A stretch of DNA of 64,000 nt from Octopus bimaculoides (taxonomy: Eukaryota). The stretch is taken from positions 76,221,112-76,285,111 of the forward strand of contig NC_068984.1 of the NCBI RefSeq assembly GCF_001194135.2, read 5' to 3'. The translations under genes were made by a program, and so were the position numbers. Numbering within the stretch: the first letter of the stretch is position 1; each line of letters starts with the position of its first letter. This document shows positions 1 through 13,090 of the stretch, piece after piece. The notes beneath the pieces are model-generated. The model made no database searches and had not been told where the DNA came from. It worked only from the letters and a program-made list of their open reading frames with translations.

Positions 1-285
1 TATTTTCAATACATCTGAATATGTGAGTGTGTGTGTGTGTGTGTGTGTAAGCATATGATACTGTTAAATTGCGGATGTGTGTGCATGCGCATGCAAATAA
101 ACCTCATATTCGTTATGATGATAATAAGTATTCTAGTTATTCAATCGGTGGACCTACCTACTCCTTATATCGTTGTCTGTATTGTAGAGTTTCTTTCTCT
201 GAAAAGTAATCCTGAAACAGTACCAACATGATGCATTGTATGACAAGACTAGCTCTTTGAATTGCCGGTGATAAAATGCATGTTC

Positions 286-669
286 GTTGTTGTTGGCACT
301 CCATCGCTTACGACGTCGAGGGTTCCAGTTGATCCGATCAACGGAACAGCCTCCTCGTGAAATTAACGTGCAAGTGGCTGAGCACTCCACAGACACGTGT
401 ACCCTTAACGTAGTTCTCGGGGATATTCAGTGTGACACAGTGTGACAAGGCTGACCCTTTGAATTACAGGCACAACAGAAACAGGAAGTAAGAGTGAGAG
501 AAAGTTGTGGTGAAAGAGTACAGCAGGGTTCGCCACATCCCCTGCCGGAGCCTCGTGGAGTTTTAGGTGTTTTCGCTCAATAAACACTCACAACGCCCGG
601 TCTGAGAATCGAAACCGCGATCCTATGACTGCGAGTCTGCTGCCCTAACCACTGGGCCATTGCGCCTCC
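286..669 (-). mobile_element. Full-length tRNA-derived SINE (head GGCGCAATGGCCCAGTGGTTAGGGCAGC), body type 1
   Basis: Minus strand has an A-box (TGGCCCAGTGG), a B-box-like GGTTTCGATTCT and a (CAA)n tail. Flanked by a 13-bp TSD AAAATGCATGTTC (273-285, 670-682). The same body recurs at 32935-33171. Confidence 0.9.
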
Positions 670-697
670 AAAATGCATGTTCATACTGGTGTGTATG

Positions 698-733
<36 letters not shown>

Positions 734-1226
734 CAAACTAAGAAATATGTTTGAGAGAGAAAGAAACATCTGAGAAATAATAACTGTGAGGTAAATATAG
801 TGGATGACTGTCCTAACAGTCTGGAGTTCAAAGAATGATTTAGCCATTGTGTTATTTCTGGGAAAGACACATGACCGAGCTAACCTGAGTCGTATTTCGC
901 AGCTTTACTCATTAGTGATGGAAAAGTCAGTCAACTGTAAAAAAAAATATGCATATGTATGAATATACAAAAATTATCTTACCCATTTAAAAAAATGTAT
1001 GTAAAGTAACATGTGTGAGCATGTATAACTGTATGTATGTGTGAGTGTATAAATATATGCATGTGTATATGTGTGTATATATGTATGTGTGTACATATAT
1101 ATGTGTGTGTATATATATGTATGTGTGTGTACATATACGTGTGTGAATATATATGTNNNNNNNNNNTGTGTGTGTACATATACGTGTGTGAATATATATG
1201 TATGTATATATACGTGTGTATATATA

Positions 1227-1257
<31 letters not shown>

Positions 1258-1589
1258 AGAATATAAATAAGGAACAAAGATGTACAGGTGCCATTTCATG
1301 AATTGACAGCTGTACATCTTTGTTACTTATTCATATTTTGTTCACCTAACTTGGAATCTGCACTTCAGAAATACTATAGAAAGTACCTTTATAAAAAGTA
1401 CAGGTTTGAATTACCAAGAGCGGATATCCCCACTTAGCTGGGTTGTGTTGTCTGCACACACAACAGGACTATTGGGTACAAATACCCTGACACAGAGTCT
1501 TGATATTCAATATTCAAATAATATTGTCTGAGTGTGCAGATTATACCAAACAAGCAAGGTGCCTCAGCATTTTCTACCTTGACTTTTTT

Positions 1590-1629
<40 letters not shown>

Positions 1630-2226
1630 NNNNNNNNNNNNNNNNNNNNNNNNNNNNNNNNNNNNNNNNNNNNNNNNNNNNNNNNNNNNNNNNNNNNNNN
1701 NNNNNNNNNNNNNNNNNNNNNNNNNNNNNNNNNNNNNNNNNNNNNNNNNNNNNNNNNNNNNNNNNNNNNNNNNNNNNNNNNNNNNNNNNNNNNNNNNNNN
1801 NNNNNNNNNNNNNNNNNNNNNNNNNNNNNNNNNNNNNNNNNNNNNNNNNNNNNNNNNNNNNNNNNNNNNNNNNNNNNNNNNNNNNNNNNNNNNNNNNNNN
1901 NNNNNNNNNNNNNNNNNNNNNNNNNNNNNNNNNNNNNNNNNNNNNNNNNNNNNNNNNNNNNNNNNNNNNNNNNNNNNNNNNNNNNNNNNNNNNNNNNNNN
2001 NNNNNNNNNNNNNNNNNNNNNNNNNNNNNNNNNNATATATATATATATATATATATAGATAGATAGATATTAGAGTAAGACATGATCCTCTGACTCATTG
2101 GATTGTCATATCATCTAACCCATGGTAGCATGGAAAGTAGACTAAAATGATGATGATGATGATAATGATGCTCTTCCTGTCACTATCTGTTACCTGTTTT
2201 TCAGGTAACAAACTTTTATATTCCAT

Positions 2227-2600
2227 GGGCACAAGCATAGCTGTGTGGCTAAGCTTCTTTCCCAAACATGTAGTCTCGTGTTCAGTTCCACTGTGTAGCA
2301 CCTTTGGCAATTGTCTTCTCGTATAGCCCTGGACCAACTAAAGCCTTGTGAATGGATTTGGTAGGCAGAAACTAAAAGAAGCCCATTGTGTATATATATG
2401 TTTTTGTGTATACACTTGTCTAAACATCGCGTGATAGTTATAAATGAGCGTGATTGTTATACAAGTAAGGTAGTTCATTTCCTACCTTCCATGAAAATTT
2501 TGTCCCACTGGAGGGAAATACCTTATTGGTACAGGAAGGGCATCCAGCCATAAAAAGTCTGCCTCAGCAAATTCCATCAAGCATAGATAAATGGATATTA
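2227..2600 (+). mobile_element. tRNA-headed SINE with a CORE-like domain (GCACCTTGGGCAAGTGTCTTCTACTATAGCC family), diverged copy
   Basis: Head GCTGTGTGG...GTTCAGTTCCACTG followed by the CORE-like motif. Related copies at about 9108, 22520, 23335, 30781(-), 33315, 36105(-), 38510, 48520(-), 49150(-), 50840, 51990, 56390 and 62630. Confidence 0.8.
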
Positions 2601-2776
2601 AATGATGACAATGACAATGAAGTCTTCAAAAGCACAGAGCAACAGGTCATAATGGCAACAAGGAATGTTAACCTTACCATTGCTTTGATCAAATGGCAAG
2701 AAGTGAAATTTAGTACTTCTCTCCTAAGCATCTACAAAATTCATTATGTGTCTCAGAAGACAGCAAAGCACGTGTT

Positions 2777-2781
<5 letters not shown>

Positions 2782-2851
<70 letters not shown>
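2782..2851. repeat. (GT)n microsatellite
   Basis: Uninterrupted GT dinucleotide run; one of dozens of GT/CA and AT tracts in the window. Confidence 0.98.
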
Positions 2852-2852
<1 letters not shown>

Positions 2853-3522
2853 TCCTAGCTAGTTTCTTGAAATTTGTATAAATAGGCTACCAGTGATTCA
2901 CTATATTCATACTTTTTGAGAACAATTACTTTAATCTGACAGTGAGATTAGGCAGTGCAACTAGCAAGTACATGTATGAGTTGTAGTGACATTTCTGACT
3001 ACACTGACAATGAATTGGGACATTTCTGAATCAATTAAAAGAAAAAAAGAAAAAAGAAAAATGCAGCTGCAGTTTGGAAACTGGAAGAGACATCAATTTA
3101 ATTGATTATATGGTTAAAATCTGTGGCAACAAATCAATTTTAATTACAAAACTGTCAGTGTGTGAAGCTGACTCTATGAACTGAACTATAGTTTTTACTT
3201 TGCTTGAATTAACCTTTTAGCAATCAAAGTGGCCAAATCCATTCAGCATAAAGATAGTAATATGCAAGCACACACATATGTGTGTGTGTGTGTGTATTTA
3301 TAAGATATTCATTCATTCATTTAACATCTGTTTTTCTTTGCTAGCTTGGATAAATTACACAGGAAGTTTTCCAAGGCAGAATTTTTACTGCCAACTTTTT
3401 CTTCTTTTCCAAGTTAAGGATCTTTTATTCCTGATCTCTTTGAAAGCACAGAGTGACTAGTCATAATGTCAACATAAGCACTGTGTTTCGATGAGGTGGG
3501 GACAAATATGGAATATAAACTT

Positions 3523-3563
<41 letters not shown>

Positions 3564-3794
3564 TGCACAGCTTCCTGCAGTTTTTGCCTTCCAAATTCAC
3601 TATATATACACATATGTATGTGTTTGTGCTTATCTTGCAATGGTTTGGTGCTGTCTGTGTTCCTGTAACTTAGCAGTCTGGTAAAAAGAAACCTATATAA
3701 GTACCAGACATAAATATAAGTACTGGGGGGTCAGTTTGATTTGAATTAACACTTCAAGGCAGTATATATATATATATATTCATATATATATATA

Positions 3795-3843
<49 letters not shown>

Positions 3844-4394
3844 NNNNNNNNNNAAAACAGATAATGCTGTACTTTATGAGGGTCTTGCTGGCAATTAGAA
3901 TTCAAAGAACAAAGACAAGGGGTATCTGCTAACACATAAAAGTTGCTTGAGGTGGGGTACATTACCATGGATAAGGTCAAAGGCCTGTATAAAAGAATTT
4001 TGTCAAACTAATTTATTAACTGATTATCTCTCTAATTGCTGATAAAAAAAGAAGTCCAATACAACCAATATATGTTTTAATTCATGCCATGATCCTTCCA
4101 AAATACAACAGTGTGTGCACATGCGTGTGTGTTTGTGCACATGCGTGTGTGTGTGCACATGCATGTGTGTGTGTGTGTGCACATGCGTGTGTGCACATGC
4201 GTGTCTGTGCATTGTGTGTTTGTATGCATGTGAGTGTATATATACATAGTACAGGTAAGGTTATTGGTGGTGGTGGTGGGTTAAGAAGTTTGTTACAGTC
4301 ATGTACATAGTTCTGGGCTTAAATCTCACAGTACCGCATGTTGGATACCATTGCATTAGGTTGTCATCAAATATGTGTGTGTGTGTGCATGTAT

Positions 4395-4444
<50 letters not shown>

Positions 4445-4550
4445 GGAAAGATCATATGTGTGTGTATATGAATGTTTTGATTTTTTTACAGGCAAAACAA
4501 TATAGATTATATGAAATAATACAAATTGGTAGTTTGTATTTTTAGCTTGT

Positions 4551-4590
4551 ATTTCAGTATTTCAGGGTCATGATCCCTTCTTCAGGAAAT
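4551..4590 (-). ncRNA. Minimal hammerhead-ribozyme-like motif, one core mismatch
   Basis: Minus strand reads AUUUC-CUGAAGA-AGGG(AUCAUGA)CCCU-GAAAU-ACU-GAAAU: 5-bp stem I, 4-bp stem II, both core boxes present, C in place of U16.1. Confidence 0.5.
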
Positions 4591-7500
4591 CTTTGGAGAA
4601 ATGGTGTTGGAAATTAATCTCTCTGTTCTGTAGTGTGTGTGTGTGTGTGTGTGAACACTACAGAATGTAGTGTGTGTCTAGTGTTTACACTATATATATA
4701 GCAGAGGCTCTATATAAATGTAATTAAAAAAGTAGTAGTTATTGTTTGATTATTGTAAAATGAAATATGGTAGTGTATTGAAATTATGATTTTATAAAGA
4801 GGCCATCATTAGAGATATTTACTACTAAAAAAAAATGTATGTTGTACTCCCTTCGAGGCAAACATCACTTAATTTCCAAACACACTACAGTTTTCTTTAT
4901 AACAACTAAAATTTTCTTCAATTTTTTATTTTAACATCAATCAAAGTATATATTTATTCAATTGTTTAATTGGTAGTTTGTTGTACACTTTTTTCTCTTC
5001 AATTAAATGTGTTTCCTGCGAACAGAAATCAACCATTAAATTGCTTTATATTACAAGTGCATTAAAATCGCCTTCATACAAAATGAAGATTCTGTTAAGA
5101 GTGAATATTGCATGCAATGCAATTAAGAGTTAAAGCTTAAATTCCTAAATAGATTTATCACCAAGTAAACAATGAAACACACACACACACAAACCTACTC
5201 ACATTCACTCACACACGTATATATATTAAAAAGAAGAAAAAGAGAAAATGAAAAATCCAAAATTGTAATTGTGTTTACGAAGTGGAATAGTGAATAATCT
5301 TAATATGACAAATTTCTTTTAATTGAGATTGCTAAAGATGAATTTATACAGAATTTCTACAGAATATTTTGATTAAATGTTTTATAAGAAAAACCAAAAT
5401 ATTTTTATAAGAAAAATTAAGACGTTTTATAAGAAAAATGAAAATAGCTTAGAGAGACAAAGGCAATAATAAAGAGTCTTAATCTAACCTCCTTCATGTG
5501 ATGCAGTGTGTAAAAGGGGTATTTATTTGTGTCTTTTTAAAAATTCTAATTTCCTATCCTAGAACTTATGGAAGTGTTCTATTTGGATACTTAAATTTCT
5601 CTTTTTTGCATGTGGTAGTGTTGTTGCGTGAGTGAGTATGTGTAGATGGTGGGGTAATTGAAAAAAATTTGGTGGAGAAGGTCATTTAGTGGAGGAGCAC
5701 TCTGAGACTAGTAAATTTAATGTTGTTGATGTTCAAAGAAAAGTAGATGGATTTTAGTTAGATGTAAAACACTAGCAGACCCTAACCTCTGATAATTCTG
5801 TAACTGATATGGGTTTAAGTAAACCAACTTTAAATGACTACTAGAAAGAATGGAAACATTGTTGTGTTTCAGGGCATTTGTAGTAGGGTACATGTAATGA
5901 TGTTAAACCAAGAGCTAGTTGGATACCTACACTGTCTGAATTTGTCTCCAGCTTTATATTTATATTATTTCAATAACAGAAGATTTGTAGAATAAGGATA
6001 TCCTTTAGATATAAACCAGGTAAGGGTTGGTGACAGGAAGAGCTCCTTCTTAAACCATGCCAGCATGAAAAATGGACATTGAATAAATGAATGAGTCCAG
6101 AATAGCATCAGATTTAATGCTTTACAGTAGTTAATTGTATCCCTTTACATTCTGACAAATTCTTTATCATTTACTTTTCTGTAGGAGTCATAAAAACAAT
6201 GTACTAGTCGGATATCAGAGATGATCTAATCAATTAATTCAAACCCTTCTCCAAAATTTGAGACCTTGTATCTGTGCTCCAAATCCTGAAATATGTCTAT
6301 CGTTTTCACCAGCTGGCTTTAAAGACAAGATTAACACCTGTGTTAAGTTGTTTACATCTGTCAGTTACATATAATGTTTGCTAAAATCTATAGATATATT
6401 CAGTAGAGTAGCATTAACATGCTAATCATTTTGTAATTATACTAGCCAATCCATCAATTATGCAAATAAGTCTACCCAATGTACTCAAGCCCTTAATAGT
6501 TGTCAGTTGAAGTGTTTTCTCTCTCTAGATTATATGTCTGATATTCAACCATGTTAATATAACAAGTTTCAGTATATTTTTCATCTCTAAGGGAAAAGAA
6601 AAACAAGTTGGTGGAGTTGCATCTGTGAAAAAACAATGTAGGGTGATGGTGGTGGTGATGTTGCATCTGTAATATATGAATTCTATTTTCATTTTTCCTG
6701 TACTCCACTTCCTTTTGTGCCATATTTTACCTTGTTTTATTATGGCTACTTATTCCTCTTCGCCACTGACATAATATAATGATGAGAATATTGTTTAGCC
6801 CCTGAGTCAAACCTGATCAGATAGACTTGTGATTAAAGACATTCCAACAATGATCAACTTGCCTTTGTGCAATTTTTTGCTGGCTAAGACCAGCCTCAGA
6901 TTGCCCAACAATATGACCTTCGAAAATCTGACAGTTCTGCTGAATTTTTGTGCGTGGTATGGTTACTCTTCGCAAATGTTTAATATAATGGCACCTGGAA
7001 TGAAAAAGAATGATTACATTGTAAATTCTACACCGTTGAAAACATTAAGACACTTAGATCAGAAATTTTGAAAATTAAAGGTGTCTATTTACTTCCTGCA
7101 TGTCCGTGTATATATATACATACACTCATATATACTTGTGTACACACACACACTCATATATACTTGTGTACACACACACTCACATGACAGACTTCCATAG
7201 AGTTTCTATCAAATTCACTCACAAGGCATTTGTCAGCCCATGCTATAGGCCTAAAGCACCATGTGGACAGACTGGGCCCAAAACCATTCTGTTACAAAGG
7301 AAATTTCTTTACCGAACAGCCACTGAAAATTTTTTTTAAGAAATGAAGGAAAATGGTCATGGCTGGAATATTGTTAATTATAGGTCTCAGGCTTGAACTG
7401 CACTAAGCAGCAGCAACAACATATTTTACTGCATCTTTTTTGAGACCAATTTATATTTTTTTATGGAAATTCTTGTATGATTGCATGAGGACATTATATT

Positions 7501-8182
7501 TTTTCTGTTCAGCTCCTCTGGTATAATCATCAATAGATTTTGCAATAGATAAATTTATTATTTATGATAGTGCTGACAATGAATTCTTTATAGCAGGAAA
7601 ACTTTTATGTAGTTGCTTGATATGCCAATATAGTATTCATAACTGCTGTAATAATCTTCCCACTGATATTGTAGTGTTTTAGCAATATAGAATGTTTAAC
7701 ATGGTTATAAATCTAAGTTTTGAGATGAGTTACCATCAATGCTGAAAGAGAAAAATTTTGGATCACTTGTCCAAAGCTTTGTGGTTGAGAATGTGTTGGA
7801 ATCATGAATAAAATGAAAGATTTTAAGTCCAGTCTCCCCACTTAGAGTATATGTATTATTATAGTTTAGCTCCAAGTCAGCACTGCTGGATCAAAGGTGT
7901 TCTAACTGTGAGCTGTGACCATCTCATTGTCTATTTGGTTATAGTGCATCCAGGGCCACATTAATCATTGTGTCTTTCTCTTTTTAAGATGTTAGGGTGT
8001 GAATTGAGAAAATTTTACTACTATTTCATGCTTGTTGAGTATCCACTTAGAAGCTCTCTCTGCTTGGCTCATAATGACCTAATGTACATACACATACCTG
8101 ATGATAAACAAGGATGAAACTATTTGAAACAGTTTGACTCAAAAAGAGTTTGGAAGTTTGTTTTGTCAATTTTCTACTTGTT

Positions 8183-8408
8183 TTAACCCTTCAGCATTTA
8201 AACCAACTATATCCAGCCCATATATTTTAACTATTTTATGTTCAAACCAGTTAGATCCAACCTCTTACACCTATCCTACAATATCACTCTAAAAGTAAAG
8301 TTACATCATTGAAATCTTAAAGCTACAAGATAAGGCATGGTTAATTCATAGCAATATAAATAAATAAGCATTACATTCAATAGGGTTATCTGGACACTAA
8401 AAGGTTAA
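8183..8408. mobile_element. piggyBac-type MITE (TTAA-flanked), family A
   Basis: TTAACCCTTCAGCATT...ACACTAAAAGGTTAA, with TTAA at both ends and imperfect CCC/GGG-type TIRs. A partial reverse copy lies near 28855-28918. Confidence 0.7.
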
Positions 8409-9399
8409 TCAAATTAGCTGACATTAGTGTTAGATTTAAACAATATGTTAGTATTGTGGTCCTGCATTATCAGTAGAGTGTCAGACAAATGCCATGCGAT
8501 ATTTAATCAAACTTTTGTACATTTAAATTTAATTCCTGTGAAGGTCAGCTTTTTCTTTCATTCTTCTATGAGTTGATAAATATATACAAGTTTAGATCTA
8601 GTAGCGATCTTCATTGACTATACACACCCCTAAGTTTGAGGCCTTGTGCTTATTATAAAAATAAATCTTTATATGACATACTTAATGTGTATTTATCGTT
8701 GAAGAATCAGAAGCTGCAATGTTTGTCTCGGGGAAAGATCCCTTTATAGAGGTAGTGTGTTAAAAACCCACAATATACTTCAGAACTAGACATAATGAAA
8801 TTGTTTCATAAGCAACTGCAAGAGTGACACATTTCACTGTTTTTGCAGTTTGTCAATACCATGCACTTAAGTCACTTCCAATACATAGTCACATTGGCCA
8901 GTCTGTAGTGTATAGAATCACTGAATAAACAGCTCAGTGGATTTTCAAAGGGGCTACTAGCTGAATAAAATTCGAATTATGCAATAGAAATATTGAAAAT
9001 GACATCTTGACATAAATACATATTCCAGTAACTCAGGAAATAAATTTTCTTGAAGTTTAAATACATAGATGTCTCTTTTTTTATTTGCATCTCATTGTTC
9101 AGCTGAACACAGGTTGGTTGTATGGCTAAGTAGTTCACTTCTCTATCATGAGATGTTGGGTTCAATCTCATTATGTAACATCATGGACAAGTGTCTTTTA
9201 CCATACCCTTGACATTGTGAGTGATATTGGATCAACAAAAATTGTGGTGAAGTCCATTATACCTGTCATTCAAAAGTTCAGCTTTGTCACAACACTGTCA
9301 CACTAACTCAACTTGAAAATTATAGTAAGAGTTCGTATATCTGTGGAATACTCCAGCACTTACATGAATTTCACATGTAAATAGTTCTGTTTATGGAAC

Positions 9400-9910
9400 A
9401 GCTGTTATGAACTCACCTGCACACATGTCCCTGTTGAATCTCTTCCCTCAAAACATATCCTCCAAACACCTTTTCCCCTGTATACACTTACTACATCCTC
9501 CCCTTTTGCAATCTCACAGACTTAACCACCCACTCACCCTGTCCTGGTCCACTTCACTACATACACCTCCCTGTAACTTGAGTATATACCCAGTCATATC
9601 TTCACCATCTTATCTCTCTCTCTCTCTTTGGGTTAGCCATGTATCTCCTTCACTGCAAGACACCTATTTCTGCTTCTCTGTTGATACTCTAACTTCTCAT
9701 CACCTGGCATAAAGCCACCTCCCTCAATACTCCTCCCACTTTGGTTGATGAGTCTTACAAGTTATTTGGTGACCTCGGTGTCACATAAAAAGCACCCAGT
9801 ACATTCTATAAAGTGATTGGCTTTAGGAAGGGCATCTGACTTGCTAGCTTCTGTCAAAACGTCCAACCTGTGCCAGCATGGAAGGAGAACATTAAATGAT
9901 GAGGATGATC
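9400..9910 (+). mobile_element. RTE LINE 3'UTR and tail fragment
   Basis: Ends TTAGGAAGGGCATC...CCAACCTGTGCCAGCATGGAAGGAGAACATTAAATGATGAGGATGA, the tail type that follows the RTE ORFs at 25973-26760 and 46105-47480. Confidence 0.65.
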
Positions 9911-10265
9911 TGTATCCCACACAACCAAACACTACATACAATAATTTGTAGTCAGGTCTTTCAACTGAACCAAGCATGAGATGTCTAGTACCCTAGACTG
10001 TGGGTTGCTTTCGCAAATATTTAATAAGCTGTCTCAATCATAGAGCTATTTGGAATTGCCAGCAACAACACCAGCAATTAATATATGCATGTGCTTGTAA
10101 ACCTATCAAATTAATATTAGCACTCAAACATGTTAAAAGAAAAAAAAGTATGGTTGATCTTTTTCAATTTTATCAAATGTTATGAAAATAACATTAACAT
10201 GCTTAGGTCTTTTCTAAATTAAACCATTTAAAAGAATATTTAATTCCTCTTGCAGATCTGAAACC

Positions 10266-10447
10266 ATGGATACAAGTGTCCAACGCCGTCTAGTGCATCA
10301 GAATAGTGAAGGACAAGATGTTGAATCTGAGGATTCAGACGAAGAACAGAAATACCTCCAAGATCCTGGAGAATTTGCTTACAACAAAAGAGTGAGCGTA
10401 CCTGCCATTCCTGGTATGTTAATTGTCTTAGGACTTGTTGGAGAATT
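10266..10447 (+). CDS. NEF1-like: First coding exon (exon 10256-10447) of a polytopic membrane protein gene, NEF1-like
   Basis: Acceptor TTAATTCCTCTTGCAG|10256; Kozak-like AAACCATGG; open frame MDTSVQRRLVHQNSEGQDVESEDSDEEQKYLQDPGEFAYNKRVSVPAIPGMLIVLGLVGE; donor TT|GTAAGT at 10447/10448, where the frame closes and the sequence turns AT-rich; phase 2. The family call rests on my recall of the Arabidopsis NEF1 N-terminus. Confidence 0.85.
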
Positions 10448-11309
10448 GTAAGTACACTCATAATTTATTATTAATATTATATTTTTGGATTGTTTTCAGT
10501 GTTAGACTATTTCATCTTTTACAAGTCATGGGATGGAACTAAGCAATTGGCTCTGTAATTATTTTGTAGAGACAAGGAATATAATTTCTATTCGTGTATG
10601 GCTTATTTTGAGAAGGAAAGGGAAGAAAAAATTGTTATCCCTGGGTCAGTGCCATAAGAAGTAGCACGTTTGGATATTTTTTTACTTGCTGGGTTTGAAG
10701 GAAAGGAGCAGTGCCCATGACCTTTGGAAGCCCTACAAGGTCAGTGAGATTGATGCCATTAGTGTTCCTCTTGGACCTTTGTAGTCAATACCAGCCTCTA
10801 AGACATGAGCAAGTGGGGAATTCTGTAGGGCCAACATTCTGGAACGGAAGTTTGAGTATAGGCATAGAGATTTGTGTAGGGTCTGAAAGTTGAATACAGT
10901 AAGGTGTAAGTTGAGTAGGTCAAAAATACTTGAGTGGAAGTGGTTATGAGCCTGGACAGCTTCATGGAGCAAAGACCATTATAGCAGTAGTAGTAGAAAA
11001 GGCAGAAAGAGAAGTCTCTGCCTGTGGGCCAAAAGTTAAAGCATATTTGTGAGTTAGGTGGATTTTTTTAATTTTTATGTAATCTTGGATGCTGAGTGTG
11101 CAACTGCAGCATTGTCCTACATGTTATGTGCAATTAATACTCCATTGTAGATGTCACCTATTTTTTTTGTCAATTATCAATTATTGTTGGAGACTGGCTC
11201 TGAAAAGAAGGGCCAGTTTGGGCTGTGACATTGTGTTTTCTTCAGGAGACCTTGTTCAAATGCTTTAAACATAGTGGACTCCACTAAAAACATATTCTAT
11301 GTAATTGTG

Positions 11310-11543
11310 TTAACACTTTTGGAATCACCCCATCTGAGACTGTCCCCTGGCTCTATGATACAAACTTCCTGAGTTAACATGATCTAAATTAAAACCTTCT
11401 ATCAAAATTCTATGTTAATTTATATTCCAAACACGGGCTTAATAAGGACATAGTTTTTTGCATTAAATTCTTTGTTATAATCAAAACTGATTGAAACATA
11501 GGTTGTATGTCTCATCAGAAGTATGGTAACAAAAGGGCTTTAA
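11310..11543. mobile_element. piggyBac-type MITE, family B
   Basis: TTAACACTTTT...GGTAACAAAAGGGCTTTAA; the body is homologous to the two copies at 42251-42690. Confidence 0.7.
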
Positions 11544-12571
11544 CCAGGCACCAGATTAAGTCTACCACCAACATTTGATAAGATTCTGCACATTTTCTGT
11601 GATAAAAAACATTTTCTCAGGGTGCCATTGCATCAAACAGATGTTTTATAAATAATTTCTATTCTCTTTTCGCTGTTATTCAAATTTGTGAGCATCTAGT
11701 TCAAAAACATAATTCAAGTGACTTACAAAATTCATTGCAAAAATTATTAAAATGACAGGAATATGAGAGGTAAATAGCAAACAAAAACAAGTCAATATCC
11801 TTGAAGTGTAAATAACCCAAGATGGAAGTCAATTTAAATCACTCTTTAATTTAAATAATGTTCCACTACTAGGGATTGTGGGTTATAGAGGCATTTATAG
11901 CTGTAGCTAAGGTACCAAATTAGTAGGGTCTTTAGAGCATTGGATAAGATCCCTTGTGGTATTTGTTCCAATATCCTATACTCTGAGTTCAAATCTTCCC
12001 ATGTTTACCTCTGACATCATCTTTTCAAGGCTGATAAATAAGTAACAGTCTAGGATTGTGGATTGGTGGATTTGTTAGTATGTTGGATGGGATCTCTTGT
12101 GATCTTACCTGCTTTGTTACTTTGCTTTCTGATAAAGACAGTGTCTGCAACATCAACACCACTGGTGCAAAACTATGTCAGTCCTGCTTTTCCTTTGGAT
12201 AGTATTGGTATATTGGAGTGGAGGAGATTTGCATGCATAGGCAATTGCAAATCATCCAGAAAAAAAAAAACCTTGTTCTACTCTTTGATTGGTTTCCAGG
12301 AGTTTATTGAGACATACAGCAACAATACTCGGTAGTAAAATGTAGCATCACATAGAGATTCAACTATTTATATATTATTATCATTTAAAGTGATGGATTG
12401 GCAAAATTGTTAGAACTTCAAACAAATTGCCTTTCTGTATTTCATCCAGTTCTTTACATTCTGAGTTAAAATCTTGCTGAGGTCAAATTCACCATTCATC
12501 CTTTGGGGATTTATTAAATAAAATGCCAGTCAAATACTAGGGTTGATGTAATTGACTAACGTGCCATCCCC

Positions 12572-13090
12572 TAGGGCCAGATTAAGACTCACCGAGACCC
12601 TAATTACTTAAAAGATTTTGGTGCCCCCATAAAAGATTATGTAATTCAAAATATAAACAATAACAAACCATAAAATAAGTTTATATTTTTCAAAATGAAA
12701 CAAAACAGTAACAAGGAAAATAATGTTTATTTTTGTATACTTCCACTTTATTTATATTTCAAAAGTTTCCTTCTACTTTTTTGAATTGCAAAGTCTTTGA
12801 TCAGATCCTCAAAATTAATCTTAGATAACACATCTGCGTCTATGCTTAGTAGAGATAAAGGCATCCTGAATATTATTTTAGCAAGTTTAAAGTGATTTCT
12901 TTTGTGCCGTAAATCATTTACCATTTCTGTGGTTCCCTCTCCTTCCCTTGATGCCCTATGCACATGCTTATTTTGCTTAATGGTTAATCCAGCACTGCCA
13001 TTCCCTCTTAACACTGATAGCCTTGTGCCTAAATTAGAAATGATTATTTGAATGGATTTAAGGTGGTAGATTAGCAAAAACATTAGAACA
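12572..13090 (-). mobile_element. hAT transposon 3' end relic (C-terminal dimerisation region plus terminus)
   Basis: ORF 12748-13083 ends LSLLSIDADVLSKINFEDLIKDFAIQKSRR, matching the hAT C-terminal pattern. Terminus TAGGGCCAGATTAAG. A second copy lies at about 45880-46070. Confidence 0.7.

Noticed and set aside
590-669. Possible tRNA genes (also 16592-16665, 31680-31750, 38310-38386)
   Set aside because: The cloverleaf stems pair poorly and each is the head or core of a repeat, so these are tRNA-derived rather than functional tRNA genes.
974-2098. Long ORFs in the track rich in HT/YI/CV/X (also at 30894-33056, 34419-34942, 41561-42055, 53740-54513, 59709-60170, 62221-62735)
   Set aside because: They are translations of microsatellites and N gaps, which contain no stop codons.
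5621-5640. Overlapping GTGAGT donors as the end of the missing 5'UTR exon
   Set aside because: An upstream non-coding exon must exist because exon 10256 starts at an acceptor, but nothing in the sequence fixes its position.
8098-8135. CTGATGA...GAAAC hammerhead-like words (also a reverse CTGATGA at about 11513 and CTGAAGA at about 57258)
   Set aside because: No stem II adjacent to GAAA or no stem I; the core geometry cannot form.
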